64,000 bases of DNA from Alphaproteobacteria bacterium (GTDB taxonomy: Bacteria; Pseudomonadota; Alphaproteobacteria; JAAXGF01), in NCBI GenBank assembly GCA_963555825.3, contig CAUVXB020000002.1, positions 1,920,001 through 1,984,000 on the forward strand, read 5' to 3'. The position numbers and the translations under genes are program-made. Shown in pieces: positions 38,955 through 51,039 of this stretch. Position 1 is the stretch's first letter, and every line of letters starts with the position of its first letter. The notes below the pieces were generated by a model, which was not told where the DNA came from, ran no database searches, and worked only from the letters and a program-made list of their open reading frames with translations.

Positions 38955-39848
38955 CTAACTGCCTTCGTCGCCGGCGCCGCGGCCGCTGTCGAGCAACTCG
39001 TCGAGCGTGCGGTCGGTGAGTTGGGCGAGCGACCAGGCGGCGAACCAGCGGACGTCGGCGTCGCGGTCGCGCAGCAGCGCCTCGAGCGGCGTCACGGCGC
39101 TCTTGGCGCCGATCTTGCCGAGCGACCAGGCGGCCTCGCGCCTGACGTCCGCGTTCCGGTCGCCCAGAACGGCAATCAGGGCGCCGGCGGTGGGGCCGTC
39201 GCCCAGCGCACCGAGATCGCCAAGCGCGCGCGCCGCGTTGGGACGCACCACGCGGCTGCCGTCGTCGAGCGCGGCGATCAGCGGTTCGGGCCCGTAGACC
39301 TCGCCGATCGCTTCGAGGAAGCGCGGTACGAACGATCCCGCCCACGAAAAAATCTCGCCGAACGGCGCGTTTTCCGGTCGCTCGAAATTGAGGTTGAGAT
39401 TGAGTTCGAGCGGTGGCTGCTTGCGCGTGACGAAGGGCTTGGTCCAGACCGCGCCGCCGCCCGCCTCGAAGACGATGTCGCCCTCGAGCGAGGCGCCGAC
39501 GAAGAGATACTGCATGTCGGTGAAGCCGAACAGCCGACCGATCGCGGTGCCGCGCGCCGTGATCGTCAGCGTCGCGCCGTACCGGGTGGCGTCGGCGTCG
39601 ACGACGCGCACGCCGGCGTATTCCATGACCTCCTCGACGACCGCCTCGAAGGGAAGGCGATAACCGGGGATCGGCGCGATTTCGATGCCGTTGCGCGGCC
39701 GGTAGCCGAACGCCTGGTCGACGACCAGACGGACGGTGTCGGCCGAGGCGATGCGCGTACGTGTCGCCGCGTCGGGCTGGTCGGCCCGCACCGGGCCAAC
39801 GCCGATCACGCCGACGGTGAGCAACAGGGCGGCCAGCAGACGTTTCAT
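38955..39848 (-). CDS. Secreted protein with C-terminal HEAT (PBS-lyase-like) repeats
   Basis: Signal peptide. Repeats of LxDxxxxVRxxAAxxLG. Confidence 0.85.
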   Translation of the reverse strand: MKRLLAALLLTVGVIGVGPVRADQPDAATRTRIASADTVRLVVDQAFGYRPRNGIEIAPIPGYRLPFEAVVEEVMEYAGVRVVDADATRYGATLTITARGTAIGRLFGFTDMQYLFVGASLEGDIVFEAGGGAVWTKPFVTRKQPPLELNLNLNFERPENAPFGEIFSWAGSFVPRFLEAIGEVYGPEPLIAALDDGSRVVRPNAARALGDLGALGDGPTAGALIAVLGDRNADVRREAAWSLGKIGAKSAVTPLEALLRDRDADVRWFAAWSLAQLTDRTLDELLDSGRGAGDEGS

Positions 39849-39981
39849 CGCAGTCCAAGCCTAACAGCCGGACCCGGGCGGCGGTAGTGACAACCCCGTG
39901 AGGCCCGCGCTCTTGCGCGCCGCGGCGTTTCGGCCGATGCTGCGCCCCATTAACCTACGGCGAGCGGACATACGGCAAGCC

Positions 39982-40983
39982 ATGGCGAGCCACACCTTTT
40001 TCTGCGTCGACGCGCATACTTGCGGCAATCCGGTGCGGGTGGTGGCCGGCGGCGCGCCGCCGCTCGAAGGCGCGACGGCCAGCGAACGGCGTCGGGATTT
40101 CATGGCGCGCTACGACTGGATCCGCACCGGCCTGATGTACGAGCCGCGCGGCCATGCCATGATGTCGGGCTCGATCCTCTATCCGCCGACGCGCCCCGAT
40201 TGCGACGTCGGCATCATCTTCATCGAGACCTCGGGCGCGCTGCCGATGTGCGGCCACGGCGCCATCGGCACGGTGACCGTGGCGATCGAGCGCGGGCTGG
40301 CGACGCCCGCCGAGCCCGGCGTCCTGCGCCTCGACACGCCGGCCGGCGTCGTCGTCGCGGAATATGAACTCATCGGCGAGCATGTCGCGTCGGTGCGCCT
40401 GACCAACGTCGCCTCGTTCCTCCATGCGACCGGTATCGAGGTCGAATGCCCGGACATCGGAACGATTACTGTCGACGTTGCCTATGGCGGCAATTTCTAC
40501 GCCATCGTCGAGGCCCAGGCGAACTACCGCGACCTCGCCGACATCGCGCCCGCCGACGTGCTGCGCTGGAGCCCGGTGGTGCGCCAACGCCTCAATCAGG
40601 CGCATGAATTCGTCCATCCCGAGGACGACACCGTCCGGGGACTGAGCCACGTCATGTGGACCGGCGCGGCGAAACATCCGGACGCCGACGCGCGCAACGC
40701 GGTGTTCTACGGCGACGGCGCGATCGACCGCTCGCCCTGCGGCACCGGCACCTCGGCGCGCATGGCGCAGCTCGCCGCCCGGGGCGAACTGGCGCCCGGC
40801 GACGGCTTCGTCCACGAGAGCATCATCGGCAGCCTGTTCCACGGCCGCATCGAGGCGACCGCGACGGTCGGCAACCGCGACGCCATCATCCCGAGCGTCG
40901 AGGGCTGGGCGCACATCACCGGACTCAACACCATCTTCATCGACGACCGCGACCCCTTCGCCCACGGCTTCCAGGTGGTTTAG
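39982..40983 (+). CDS. 4-hydroxyproline 2-epimerase / proline racemase family
   Basis: DAHTCGNPVR, EPRGH, MCGH and DRSPCGTGTSA. Confidence 0.93.
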   Translation: MASHTFFCVDAHTCGNPVRVVAGGAPPLEGATASERRRDFMARYDWIRTGLMYEPRGHAMMSGSILYPPTRPDCDVGIIFIETSGALPMCGHGAIGTVTVAIERGLATPAEPGVLRLDTPAGVVVAEYELIGEHVASVRLTNVASFLHATGIEVECPDIGTITVDVAYGGNFYAIVEAQANYRDLADIAPADVLRWSPVVRQRLNQAHEFVHPEDDTVRGLSHVMWTGAAKHPDADARNAVFYGDGAIDRSPCGTGTSARMAQLAARGELAPGDGFVHESIIGSLFHGRIEATATVGNRDAIIPSVEGWAHITGLNTIFIDDRDPFAHGFQVV

Positions 40984-41522
40984 CCCGGCTTTCTCACTAA
41001 GGATAGGTGCGGCACGGCGGATATCGGACGACAGGCTAGGAAAAGCGTGCGGGCCACGATGCCAGTACTCCCTTGCACGATTCCACGGCACGTAGGATCG
41101 CGTTTCCCGTTTCCGCGGCAGTCGGGGGCGTGACGGCGATGCCTTGGCATCGCAGAGCGTTCCCGACGCCCCGAGGGGACGGGAAACGCGACCCGCAGGG
41201 CGACCTTGCGCGGCCGCCGGCGGCGTTGCCCGGCGCTTGTGATGCGCCCAGCATCACGGCGCGCCGGGCGCCTTGCCGGACGACCACGCAAGGCCGTCCT
41301 ACGTACCGTGGCATCGTGCAAGTGAGTACTCGCGCATCGGGCAAGCGCTTTGACGCGGCCTGTCGTCCGAGATCCGCCGCCATTCGGGTCGCGCCGGGCG
41401 GGGCGTGCGCGGCGTCGAGGGCCTTGCGCGTAGCCCAGGCTACGCTCCGCGGCCTTTTTCTGGCGGATCGGCGACCGCCCGACGCGATGACGCGCATGTC
41501 CATGGTGAGAAATTCGGGCTAG
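40980..41522. mobile_element. 543-bp non-coding, extensively self-complementary MITE-like element, copy C
   Basis: Family terminal repeats at both ends. Nested stems 41016-41036/41358-41378, 41064-41097/41297-41330 and 41098-41110/41179-41191. Confidence 0.7.
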
Positions 41523-41607
41523 TGGATAGAATCCACGAGGCGAGAGCAGTCCCGACCGACGATACGCGGCCCCGCCAGGGCGCATCGATGTCCACGCCCG
41601 CCGCTGC

Positions 41608-42828
41608 CTAATCCACGCGGGTGAAGACTTCCTGCGGCTCGGCGACGCCAGCGAGGACGTGGCGGCCGAGCGAACGCAGCGGGGCCGAGACATGGGCCGC
41701 GAACTCAGCCGACGTGAGCAGCCGACGGTCGAGACTCTTGGTCAGCTTCTCGAGCCGCGCCGTGCGGTTGACGGCGGCGCCGATGACCGTGAAGTCGAGC
41801 CGCGCGGCGGCGCCGACGTTGCCGTAGATCACGGCGCCTTGGTGCAGACCGACGCCGAAGCGGATCGGCGGCTCGCCGGACCGGCGGCGACGGTGGTTGA
41901 CCGTATCCAGGCTGTCGATCAGGTCGATGGCGGCGTCGAGCGCGGCGTCGCATGCGGCGTCGAGCGAAACTTCGGCGGAGGTCGGGAAGATAGTCAGCAC
42001 GGCGTCGCCCATGAACTTCAGGATCTCGCCGCCACGCGCCGTGACCGCGGCGCCGACGACCTCGAAGTAGGCGTTGAGGAGGGCGAGCAGCGCGTCGGGC
42101 GGCAGGGTTTCGGAGAGCACCGTGAAATCGCGCAGGTCGCAGATCGAGATCGCCGCCTCGATGGTGTCGGCATCGCCGCGGCGGATCTGGCCGCTCAGCA
42201 CCCGAGCGCCGGTGCGATGCCCGACATAGGTGTCGAGCAGCGTGCGGGCGACGGTCTCGAGCGCGGTGACCCGCAGGATCGGCGTCACGATGTCGGCCAG
42301 CAGCTCGAGCTTCACCAGATTGTCGTCGCCGAAGCCCGCCGGGTCGTCGACGACGATGCCGATCGCGCCGATCACCCGACTGGCGGAGCGCAGCGGCAGC
42401 GCGCAGTAATCGGTGCCGCCGAGCGCCTTGACCTCGTGCAGCAACGCATGGTCGCGGTCCTCATCGAGGTCGTCGAGTCGGCGGCGGTAGACCGTGCCGG
42501 TCGAGAAGACGTGCTCCCAGGGGCTGCCCAGGTAGGACGGCGTTTCCTCCATGCCGTGGTGGACGCGCCCGGTATTGACGCCGCCGCCGCGCGCCCAGGT
42601 GTAGCTGAAGTCGCGCACCTCGGGGTGCAAGGTCATCAGCGTGATGCGAACGCGCAGCAGCGCGGCACCCGCCCCGGCCAGGTGATCGCAGAACGCGCCG
42701 ACGAAGCGGCCGGTGTCCTCGATCTGGCGGCCCTCGGTGACCAGCCAGGCGAGCACACCGGAAAGCGGCCAGCCCGGTTGCTCCTGTTCGATGAAGCGCC
42801 GCATGGCGGCGAGGCGCGGTGACGTCAT
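41608..42828 (-). CDS. Adenylate/guanylate cyclase (class III) with GAF-like N-terminus
   Basis: CDLRDFT, EILKFMGDAVL and GNVG..RLDFTVIG.AVN..ARLE. Confidence 0.92.
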   Translation of the reverse strand: MTSPRLAAMRRFIEQEQPGWPLSGVLAWLVTEGRQIEDTGRFVGAFCDHLAGAGAALLRVRITLMTLHPEVRDFSYTWARGGGVNTGRVHHGMEETPSYLGSPWEHVFSTGTVYRRRLDDLDEDRDHALLHEVKALGGTDYCALPLRSASRVIGAIGIVVDDPAGFGDDNLVKLELLADIVTPILRVTALETVARTLLDTYVGHRTGARVLSGQIRRGDADTIEAAISICDLRDFTVLSETLPPDALLALLNAYFEVVGAAVTARGGEILKFMGDAVLTIFPTSAEVSLDAACDAALDAAIDLIDSLDTVNHRRRRSGEPPIRFGVGLHQGAVIYGNVGAAARLDFTVIGAAVNRTARLEKLTKSLDRRLLTSAEFAAHVSAPLRSLGRHVLAGVAEPQEVFTRVD

Positions 42829-42848
42829 CGAATGACCCCGCCCGGGGA

Positions 42849-43220
42849 TCAGTCCTGCTTTTCGAGGAAGTCCGTGATCGCCGCTTCGAGGATGCTCTGG
42901 TAGGTGCGATCCGCGTTGTCGGCCAGGTCCCGAATCCGCTCGTACTTCGTGCGGCCGAGGCGGACGGTCAGTTTCTTGCGCTTGCGGCGCTTCGGCGGCG
43001 GCGTGGTCTCGGCGACCTCGGGATCATCGCCCGATCCCGCCGACGACAAGTGCTTCGTGACGTCGATCCGATGGCGCGCCTCGGCCGGCCGCGCGTAGTG
43101 TTGCGGCACGGCGGGTACCGGCCGGGGCGACGGCGCGCCGGCAATGCCGTGGCGCGAGATCAGCGCCGAAAGCGGCGACGCCGGCGTGCCCGCGCCGCCC
43201 GCCGGCGGTGGCGCGGGCGG
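42849..43220 (-). pseudogene. 3' remnant of a Pro-rich protein ending in a ribbon-helix-helix-like domain
   Basis: Frame APPAPPPAGG...KKLTVRLGRTKYERIRDLADNADRTYQSILEAAITDFL is open up to the ~43220 junction, with no good start. Confidence 0.55.
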
Positions 43221-43503
43221 TGCGCCGATCGGGCTCGAGATACTGGGAATAGCCGATCAGGCTGTAGCGCCGCTCGGGCGTGATCGCCGTGTAGACGACG
43301 GTGCCGTAGCCGTCGTCGTCGAGCTCGAAGCGCGTCGGAACGATGCGCCAGCGCTCGCGGTTCATGCGCCGGATCAGCGAGCGCATGAAGCTCAACCGCG
43401 TCGGGAAGCCGGCGCCCATGCGCGCCAGCCGCATCACCGTGTCGGGCGAGCGCAGCGCCACGCCGGGCGTTGCGATTTCCTGCTCTGTGGGACCGGATTG
43501 CAC
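43221..43503 (-). pseudogene. 5' remnant of a conserved hypothetical protein usually found after membrane dipeptidase genes
   Basis: LRSPDTVMRLARMG..PTRLSFMRSL...GYGTVVY...YSLIGYS breaks off at EPDRRT. Confidence 0.6.
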
Positions 43504-43515
43504 AGAAGTTTCCCG

Positions 43516-44502
43516 TCACGCGGCGGTGAACGACCGCTGGTAGAAGTCGAGCCAGTTGCGGCCCATGATACCCGCCGTCTCGTCATCGGAGAAACCGATC
43601 GCGCGCAGGCCGTCGGCTATCTTGCCGAAGTCGCGGTTGCCCTGAAACCAGGACGGCTGCGGCGGAAAACCAGCCTGCGCCTTGGAACCTTCGCCGTAGT
43701 CGACGTCCTTGCTCCAGCGCCCGACGCGCATCCATTCGACCACGCTGTCGGGCTGATCCTGACAGAGGTCCGAGCCGATGCCGAGGTGCTCGGGCCCGAT
43801 CAGCTCGGCGGTCCTGGCGATCATCGCGCAGAAATCGGCGAGCGCACAGTCGGTGCCGCCCTTGAGGTGGTGCGGATAGGCCGAGAAGCCGAGCATGCCG
43901 CCGCTGGCGCCGAGCGCGCTGAGCACGTCGTCCGACTTGTTGCGCAGCGCCGGGTGCCACGACGCCGGGTTGGCGTGGGTGATGGCGATCGGGCGCTCGG
44001 AAATCTCGATCGCCTCGAGCGTCGAGCGTTCCGCCGAATGCGACATGTCGACGATCAGGCCGACGCGGTTCATTTCGGCGATCACCTGGCGGCCCATGCG
44101 GGTGATGCCGGGGTCCTCGGCCTCGTAGCAGCCGGTCGCGAGCAGCGACTGGTTGTTGTAGCTGAGCTGCATGAAGCGCGCGCCGAGCGCATGGACGATC
44201 TCGACCAGGCCGATGTCGTCCTCGATCGGCGAGCAGTTCTGGAAGCCGAAGACGATCGCGGTGCGGCCCTCGGCGTGGGCGCGGCGTATGTCGTCGGCCG
44301 TCTTGCCGTGGCAGATCAGCTCGGCAAAGCGCTCGAACCAGCGGTTCCACGCCTCGATATTGGCGACCGTCTCGCGGAAGTTCTCGTGATAGCAGATCGT
44401 CGCGTGGACGGCCGAAACGCCGCCGGCCTGCATCTCGCGGAAGATTTTTTCCGACCAGTTGCAATACTGCAGACCGTCGATGACCAGAGGCCGCTCGGCC
44501 AT
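43516..44502 (-). CDS. Membrane dipeptidase (peptidase M19)
   Basis: IDGLQYCNWS, QLSYNNQS, VDMSHS, ITHANP and GIGSDL. Confidence 0.92.
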   Translation of the reverse strand: MAERPLVIDGLQYCNWSEKIFREMQAGGVSAVHATICYHENFRETVANIEAWNRWFERFAELICHGKTADDIRRAHAEGRTAIVFGFQNCSPIEDDIGLVEIVHALGARFMQLSYNNQSLLATGCYEAEDPGITRMGRQVIAEMNRVGLIVDMSHSAERSTLEAIEISERPIAITHANPASWHPALRNKSDDVLSALGASGGMLGFSAYPHHLKGGTDCALADFCAMIARTAELIGPEHLGIGSDLCQDQPDSVVEWMRVGRWSKDVDYGEGSKAQAGFPPQPSWFQGNRDFGKIADGLRAIGFSDDETAGIMGRNWLDFYQRSFTAA

Positions 44503-44604
44503 GGCGTTCACTCCCCAACGTCGCCGGGCGGGCCGCCGCCGTCCGGTTCGGCCTAGTCTACAGGCTGTCCCGCGCGGTGCGCGCAGAATCGATATTCCGA
44601 GAAA

Positions 44605-44656
44605 ATTCATATTTCATTTGTTATATTAACAATTTATTTAGGTGTCAGACACCTTA
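44605..44656. repeat. AT-rich patch with REP-like palindrome AGGTGTC-A-GACACCT
   Basis: Palindrome at 44640-44654, next to an AT-rich stretch upstream of the dipeptidase. Confidence 0.45.
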
Positions 44657-44678
44657 AAGAACTTCGATACGCCGGTGT

Positions 44679-45800
44679 TTAGTCGAGCGCGGCGAGGACG
44701 CGCGCCATGAAGCCTTCGGCCGCCGCGTCGTCGAGCCAGCGCATGACCACGGTGAGGCCGAGCGCGGGGTCGACCCAGATCAGGTTGCCGCCGGCGCCGA
44801 CCGCGAAGACGCTCGCCTCGGGCGCACTCGGGTACAGGGTTCCGCCGGTGTTGAGCCACCAGAGGAAGCCGTAATCGGGCGCAATCGGGCAGGGCGCCAG
44901 CATCTCGTCGAGATAGGCCTCGGGCAGGATCCGCCGGCCGTCCCACAGGCCGCGGCGGCGCACCAGCTCGCCGAGCAGCGCCTGGTCATGGGCCGCGATG
45001 CGCAAGCCACCGCCCCAGTGGGTGCCGCCCGGCACCGAAGGCAGCCGTTCGCCATCGATCTCGAACCAGGCGTTGCGATAGGCGTGCCACGCCCAGTCGT
45101 CCGAGCCGCCGAGCGGCACCATGATCTCGTCACGCAGCACCGCGTCGAGCGGCCGGCGGAAGACCTGCGTGAGCGACAGGCTCAAGCGGTTGACGCGGAC
45201 GTCGTTGTATTCCCAGTAGGTTCCTGGCGCCTGCAGATCGCGCGGCTGGCCCTTGCGCGTGTTGTCGGCTTCGCCGCCGACCTCGCGGTTGCGGTCGACC
45301 AGGTCGGGCTTGTCCCACAGCGTGCCCTGCCATTCGCTGGTCTGCTGCAGCAGGTGGCGCCAGGTGATGGCGCGGTTCTGCGGCGCCTCGAAACCGTCGT
45401 CGAGCGCGGTCTCGCGCAGCGGCGCGTCGACGCTCGCGATCAGGCCGTCGCGCAGCGCGACGCCGGCGAGCACCGCGAGGACGCCGGCGAGCACCGCGAG
45501 GTAGCTCTTGGCGACCGAGAATGTCAGGTCGGCGCGGCGCGGATCGCCCCATTCGGCGGCCAGTCGTCCGTCGCGCAGAACGACGCCGGCCGGCCCGCCG
45601 CGCGGAAAGACGGGGCCCAACACCTCGTTCCACGGCGGCGGCTCGAACTCGCCCCGGCCGAGCTGCTCGGATAGATCGCGCGACCAGGGCATCTCGTTGG
45701 CCTCGGCAAAAGCGACCGCCTGGGCGAGGGCGGCGGGATCGAAACCGGACTCCGCGGGCGCGTCGTAACTGTCAGAACGGTGCATTCTTTTTTCCGTCAC
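44679..45800 (-). CDS. Serine hydrolase, beta-lactamase class C-like (NylB-like), with an in-frame 7-aa duplication
   Basis: SVAKS, LLQQTS, WEYND and YGFLWW. Confidence 0.88.
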   Translation of the reverse strand: MTEKRMHRSDSYDAPAESGFDPAALAQAVAFAEANEMPWSRDLSEQLGRGEFEPPPWNEVLGPVFPRGGPAGVVLRDGRLAAEWGDPRRADLTFSVAKSYLAVLAGVLAVLAGVALRDGLIASVDAPLRETALDDGFEAPQNRAITWRHLLQQTSEWQGTLWDKPDLVDRNREVGGEADNTRKGQPRDLQAPGTYWEYNDVRVNRLSLSLTQVFRRPLDAVLRDEIMVPLGGSDDWAWHAYRNAWFEIDGERLPSVPGGTHWGGGLRIAAHDQALLGELVRRRGLWDGRRILPEAYLDEMLAPCPIAPDYGFLWWLNTGGTLYPSAPEASVFAVGAGGNLIWVDPALGLTVVMRWLDDAAAEGFMARVLAALD

Positions 45801-45897
45801 AACCCGCGACTGCGGGCCGCCGACCGTTCGGCCAGTCTTGATCCCATAAGATTGGCATGCGCGGCGATTGAGCGCAGCAAAGCGTTAGCTTTGCGAA

Positions 45898-46884
45898 CTA
45901 CGTATAGATATCGACGACACGGTCGGGCGGCACGTGGCCGTCGACGAAGGTCTTGATGTTGATGACGACCTTCTCGCCCATGTCGATGCGGCCCTCGATG
46001 GTCGCCGAGCTCATATGCGGCAGCAGCACGACGCTGTCGAGCTCGAGCAGCTTGGGGTTGACCGCCGGCTCGTGCTCGAAGACATCGAGCCCGGCGCCGG
46101 CGATCTCGCCGGCGCGCAGCATGCGGGTCAGCGTGTTCTCGTCGATCACCTCGCCGCGCGAGGTGTTGACGACATAGGCGTGCGGCTGCAGCAGCTTGAG
46201 CCGGCGCGCCGACAGCAGGTGATAGGTCGCCGGCGTATGCGGGCAGTTGACCGAGATGATGTCCATGCGCGCGAGCATCTGGTCGAGGCTCTCCCAGTAG
46301 GTCGCCTCGAGTTCGTTCGCGGTCTCCTCGGTAACCGGGTGGCGGTTGTGGTAGTGGATCGACAGCCCGAAGCCACGCGCGCGCCGCGCCACCGCGGTGC
46401 CGATGCGGCCCATGCCGATGATGCCGAGACGCTTGCCCCAGATGCGCTTGCCGAGCATCGTCGTCGGTCCCCAGCCGGTCCACTCGCCCCCGCGCATCAG
46501 GCGCTCGCCCTCGGCGAGGCGGCGCGGTACGGCGAGGATCAGCGCCATGGTCATGTCGGCGGTGTCCTCGGTCAGCACGCCGGGCGTCGAGGTCACCGTG
46601 ATGCCGCGCTCGCGCGCCGACGCCAAATCGATGTTGTCGACGCCGGTGCCGAAGTTGGCGATCAGGCGCAACTCGGGATGGGCGTTGGCGAGCACCGAGG
46701 CGTTGATCCGGTCGGTCACCGTCGGCACCAGCACCTCGGCGGTCTTGACGGCGTCGATCAGGTCGGCCTGCGACATCGGCCGATCGTCCTCGTTAAGGCG
46801 CGTGTCGAACAGCTCCATCATCCGGGTCTCGATGACCTCGGGCAGCTTGCGCGTGACGATGACGAGGGGCTTCTTGGTGGCCAT
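45898..46884 (-). CDS. D-glycerate dehydrogenase / glyoxylate reductase
   Basis: TPGVLTEDTAD, GMGRIG, VNTSRGEVIDE and GLDVFEHEP. Confidence 0.93.
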   Translation of the reverse strand: MATKKPLVIVTRKLPEVIETRMMELFDTRLNEDDRPMSQADLIDAVKTAEVLVPTVTDRINASVLANAHPELRLIANFGTGVDNIDLASARERGITVTSTPGVLTEDTADMTMALILAVPRRLAEGERLMRGGEWTGWGPTTMLGKRIWGKRLGIIGMGRIGTAVARRARGFGLSIHYHNRHPVTEETANELEATYWESLDQMLARMDIISVNCPHTPATYHLLSARRLKLLQPHAYVVNTSRGEVIDENTLTRMLRAGEIAGAGLDVFEHEPAVNPKLLELDSVVLLPHMSSATIEGRIDMGEKVVINIKTFVDGHVPPDRVVDIYT

Positions 46885-47078
46885 GCGTGTCTCCAACGGG
46901 ATGGCGCGGCGAGGCACGATCGCGCGCCGACCGCCAAGCATTAGCAAATGCGCGGGGTCGTTACAATGAAGCCGCGCAAGGGTGGCGCGAAACGCGCATT
47001 GGCCGCTGCGCCCGCGGCGCGCTTGCGATATACTCGGACGCGCCGTTTGTCTGTATTTTTCCGAGACCCGCGCCCGCC

Positions 47079-47552
47079 TTGTCCCGTCTCGCCGCGCTGA
47101 TCCTGGTTACCGTTTTCGCCGCCGCCGCGGCGGCGCAGGACGTCGCGCCGGTGCCGCGCTTCGCGTCGCTGCGCTCGGACGAGGTCAACCTGCGCGCCGG
47201 CCCCGGCAAGCAATACCCGGTCGACTGGGTGTTCACGCGCCGCGCGCTGCCGGTCGAGATCACCGCCGATTACGGTCAATGGCGCAAGATCCGCGATGTC
47301 GACGGCAGCGAGGGCTGGGCCCACCAGAGCCTCTTGTCAGCGCGCCGCTGGGTGATGGTCACCGGCGAGATTAGAACGCTCAAGCGCGCGCCCGAGCCCG
47401 GCGCGGCGCCGGTCGCGCGCGCCGAGCCCGGCGTCATCGCCCGGCTGCTCGCCTGTCGCGGCGCTTGGTGCCGCGTCGAGATCGAGCGCTACACGGGCTG
47501 GCTCGAGCGCGGCCATATCTGGGGCGTCTACGCGGACGAGGTGATCGAGTAG
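47079..47552 (+). CDS. Bacterial SH3 domain protein (start uncertain)
   Basis: VPRFASL..EVNLRAGPG.QYPVDW, WRKIRD.DGSEGW and GWL.R..IWGV. Confidence 0.88.
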   Translation: MSRLAALILVTVFAAAAAAQDVAPVPRFASLRSDEVNLRAGPGKQYPVDWVFTRRALPVEITADYGQWRKIRDVDGSEGWAHQSLLSARRWVMVTGEIRTLKRAPEPGAAPVARAEPGVIARLLACRGAWCRVEIERYTGWLERGHIWGVYADEVIE

Positions 47553-47731
47553 ACGGCCTGGGAGACGGCGTCCGTCGTATCTTCTGAAAATGGTGCCGGC
47601 GTCGAAAAAATTCGCATCGTGCCGCGTCGGCGCCCCGAGGCCGCCCTCTCTCTCATGATCGTCCCGGCGCGGCGCGGCGAGGACGGCGGAACCGCGCCCG
47701 GCCCATTGTTCCCGCCCGATCGAACGACCGC

Positions 47732-48151
47732 TTAGTCGAGCGTGTCGAGCGCCTTCTGGAAGCGCCCGGCGTGCGACTTCTCCGCCTTCGCCAGGGCCTC
47801 GAACCAGTCGGCGATCTCGTCGAACCCCTCGTCGCGTGCGGTGCGCGCCATGCCAGGGTACATGTCGGTGCAATCATACGTCTCACTGGCGATCGCCGCC
47901 TTAAGGTTGTCGGCGGTAGTGCCTATCGCCTTGCCGGTCACCGGGTCACCGACCTCGGCGAGGAAGTCGAGATGGCCGTGCGCATGCCCGGTCTCGCCCA
48001 CGACGGTCGACCGGAACACGGCGGAGACGTCGTTGTAGCCTTCGACGTCGGCCTTTTGCGCGAAGTAGAGGTAGCGCAGGTGCGCTTCGGCGGACTTGGC
48101 GAATGCCTCCTTCAGGTTCTTTCCTGTCTTCGTGCCAACTAACGACGGCAT
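47732..48151 (-). CDS. Short rubrerythrin (erythrin-type)
   Basis: [29 protein letters not shown] and [15 protein letters not shown]. Confidence 0.9.
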   Translation of the reverse strand: MPSLVGTKTGKNLKEAFAKSAEAHLRYLYFAQKADVEGYNDVSAVFRSTVVGETGHAHGHLDFLAEVGDPVTGKAIGTTADNLKAAIASETYDCTDMYPGMARTARDEGFDEIADWFEALAKAEKSHAGRFQKALDTLD

Positions 48152-48287
48152 GATGCCCTCCTTGTCAGCCTGCGATGGCGGAGCTAGCCCTTTTGGGTCC
48201 ATCGCCGTCGCAAAGACGACAATTCTGATTGCCCGATGCCCAGTCGCGGCTGCGCTCTAAAAGCCCTCGAAGACCTTTCCGCTGAGA

Positions 48288-50926
<2,639 letters not shown>

Positions 50927-51039
50927 GACTGGAATATGGTCGCTCCCGAGGAAAAATTAAAGAGGAATTTCCGCTCCCTACGCCCGATATTGGATCGATT
51001 TCAAGGCGCCGGGCGGGATCGCGGCCCGGCCGTCGACGA

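Noticed and set aside
36787-39858. 1023-aa version of the GT41 protein, and the long N-terminal extensions of SCO, ChvG, KatG, FabB and UgpQ in the ORF track
   Set aside because: The extensions are alternative frames of upstream genes. Downstream starts match the family N-termini.
41036-41522. ORFs of 149-237 aa overlapping the structured intergenic element
   Set aside because: Low-complexity Arg/Ala/Pro translations with no SD or motifs. The self-complementarity explains the region better.
50985-51005. Irr box (ICE) upstream of irr
   Set aside because: ATTGGATCGATTTCAAG matches TTTAGAA-N3-TTCTAAA too weakly to support a call.
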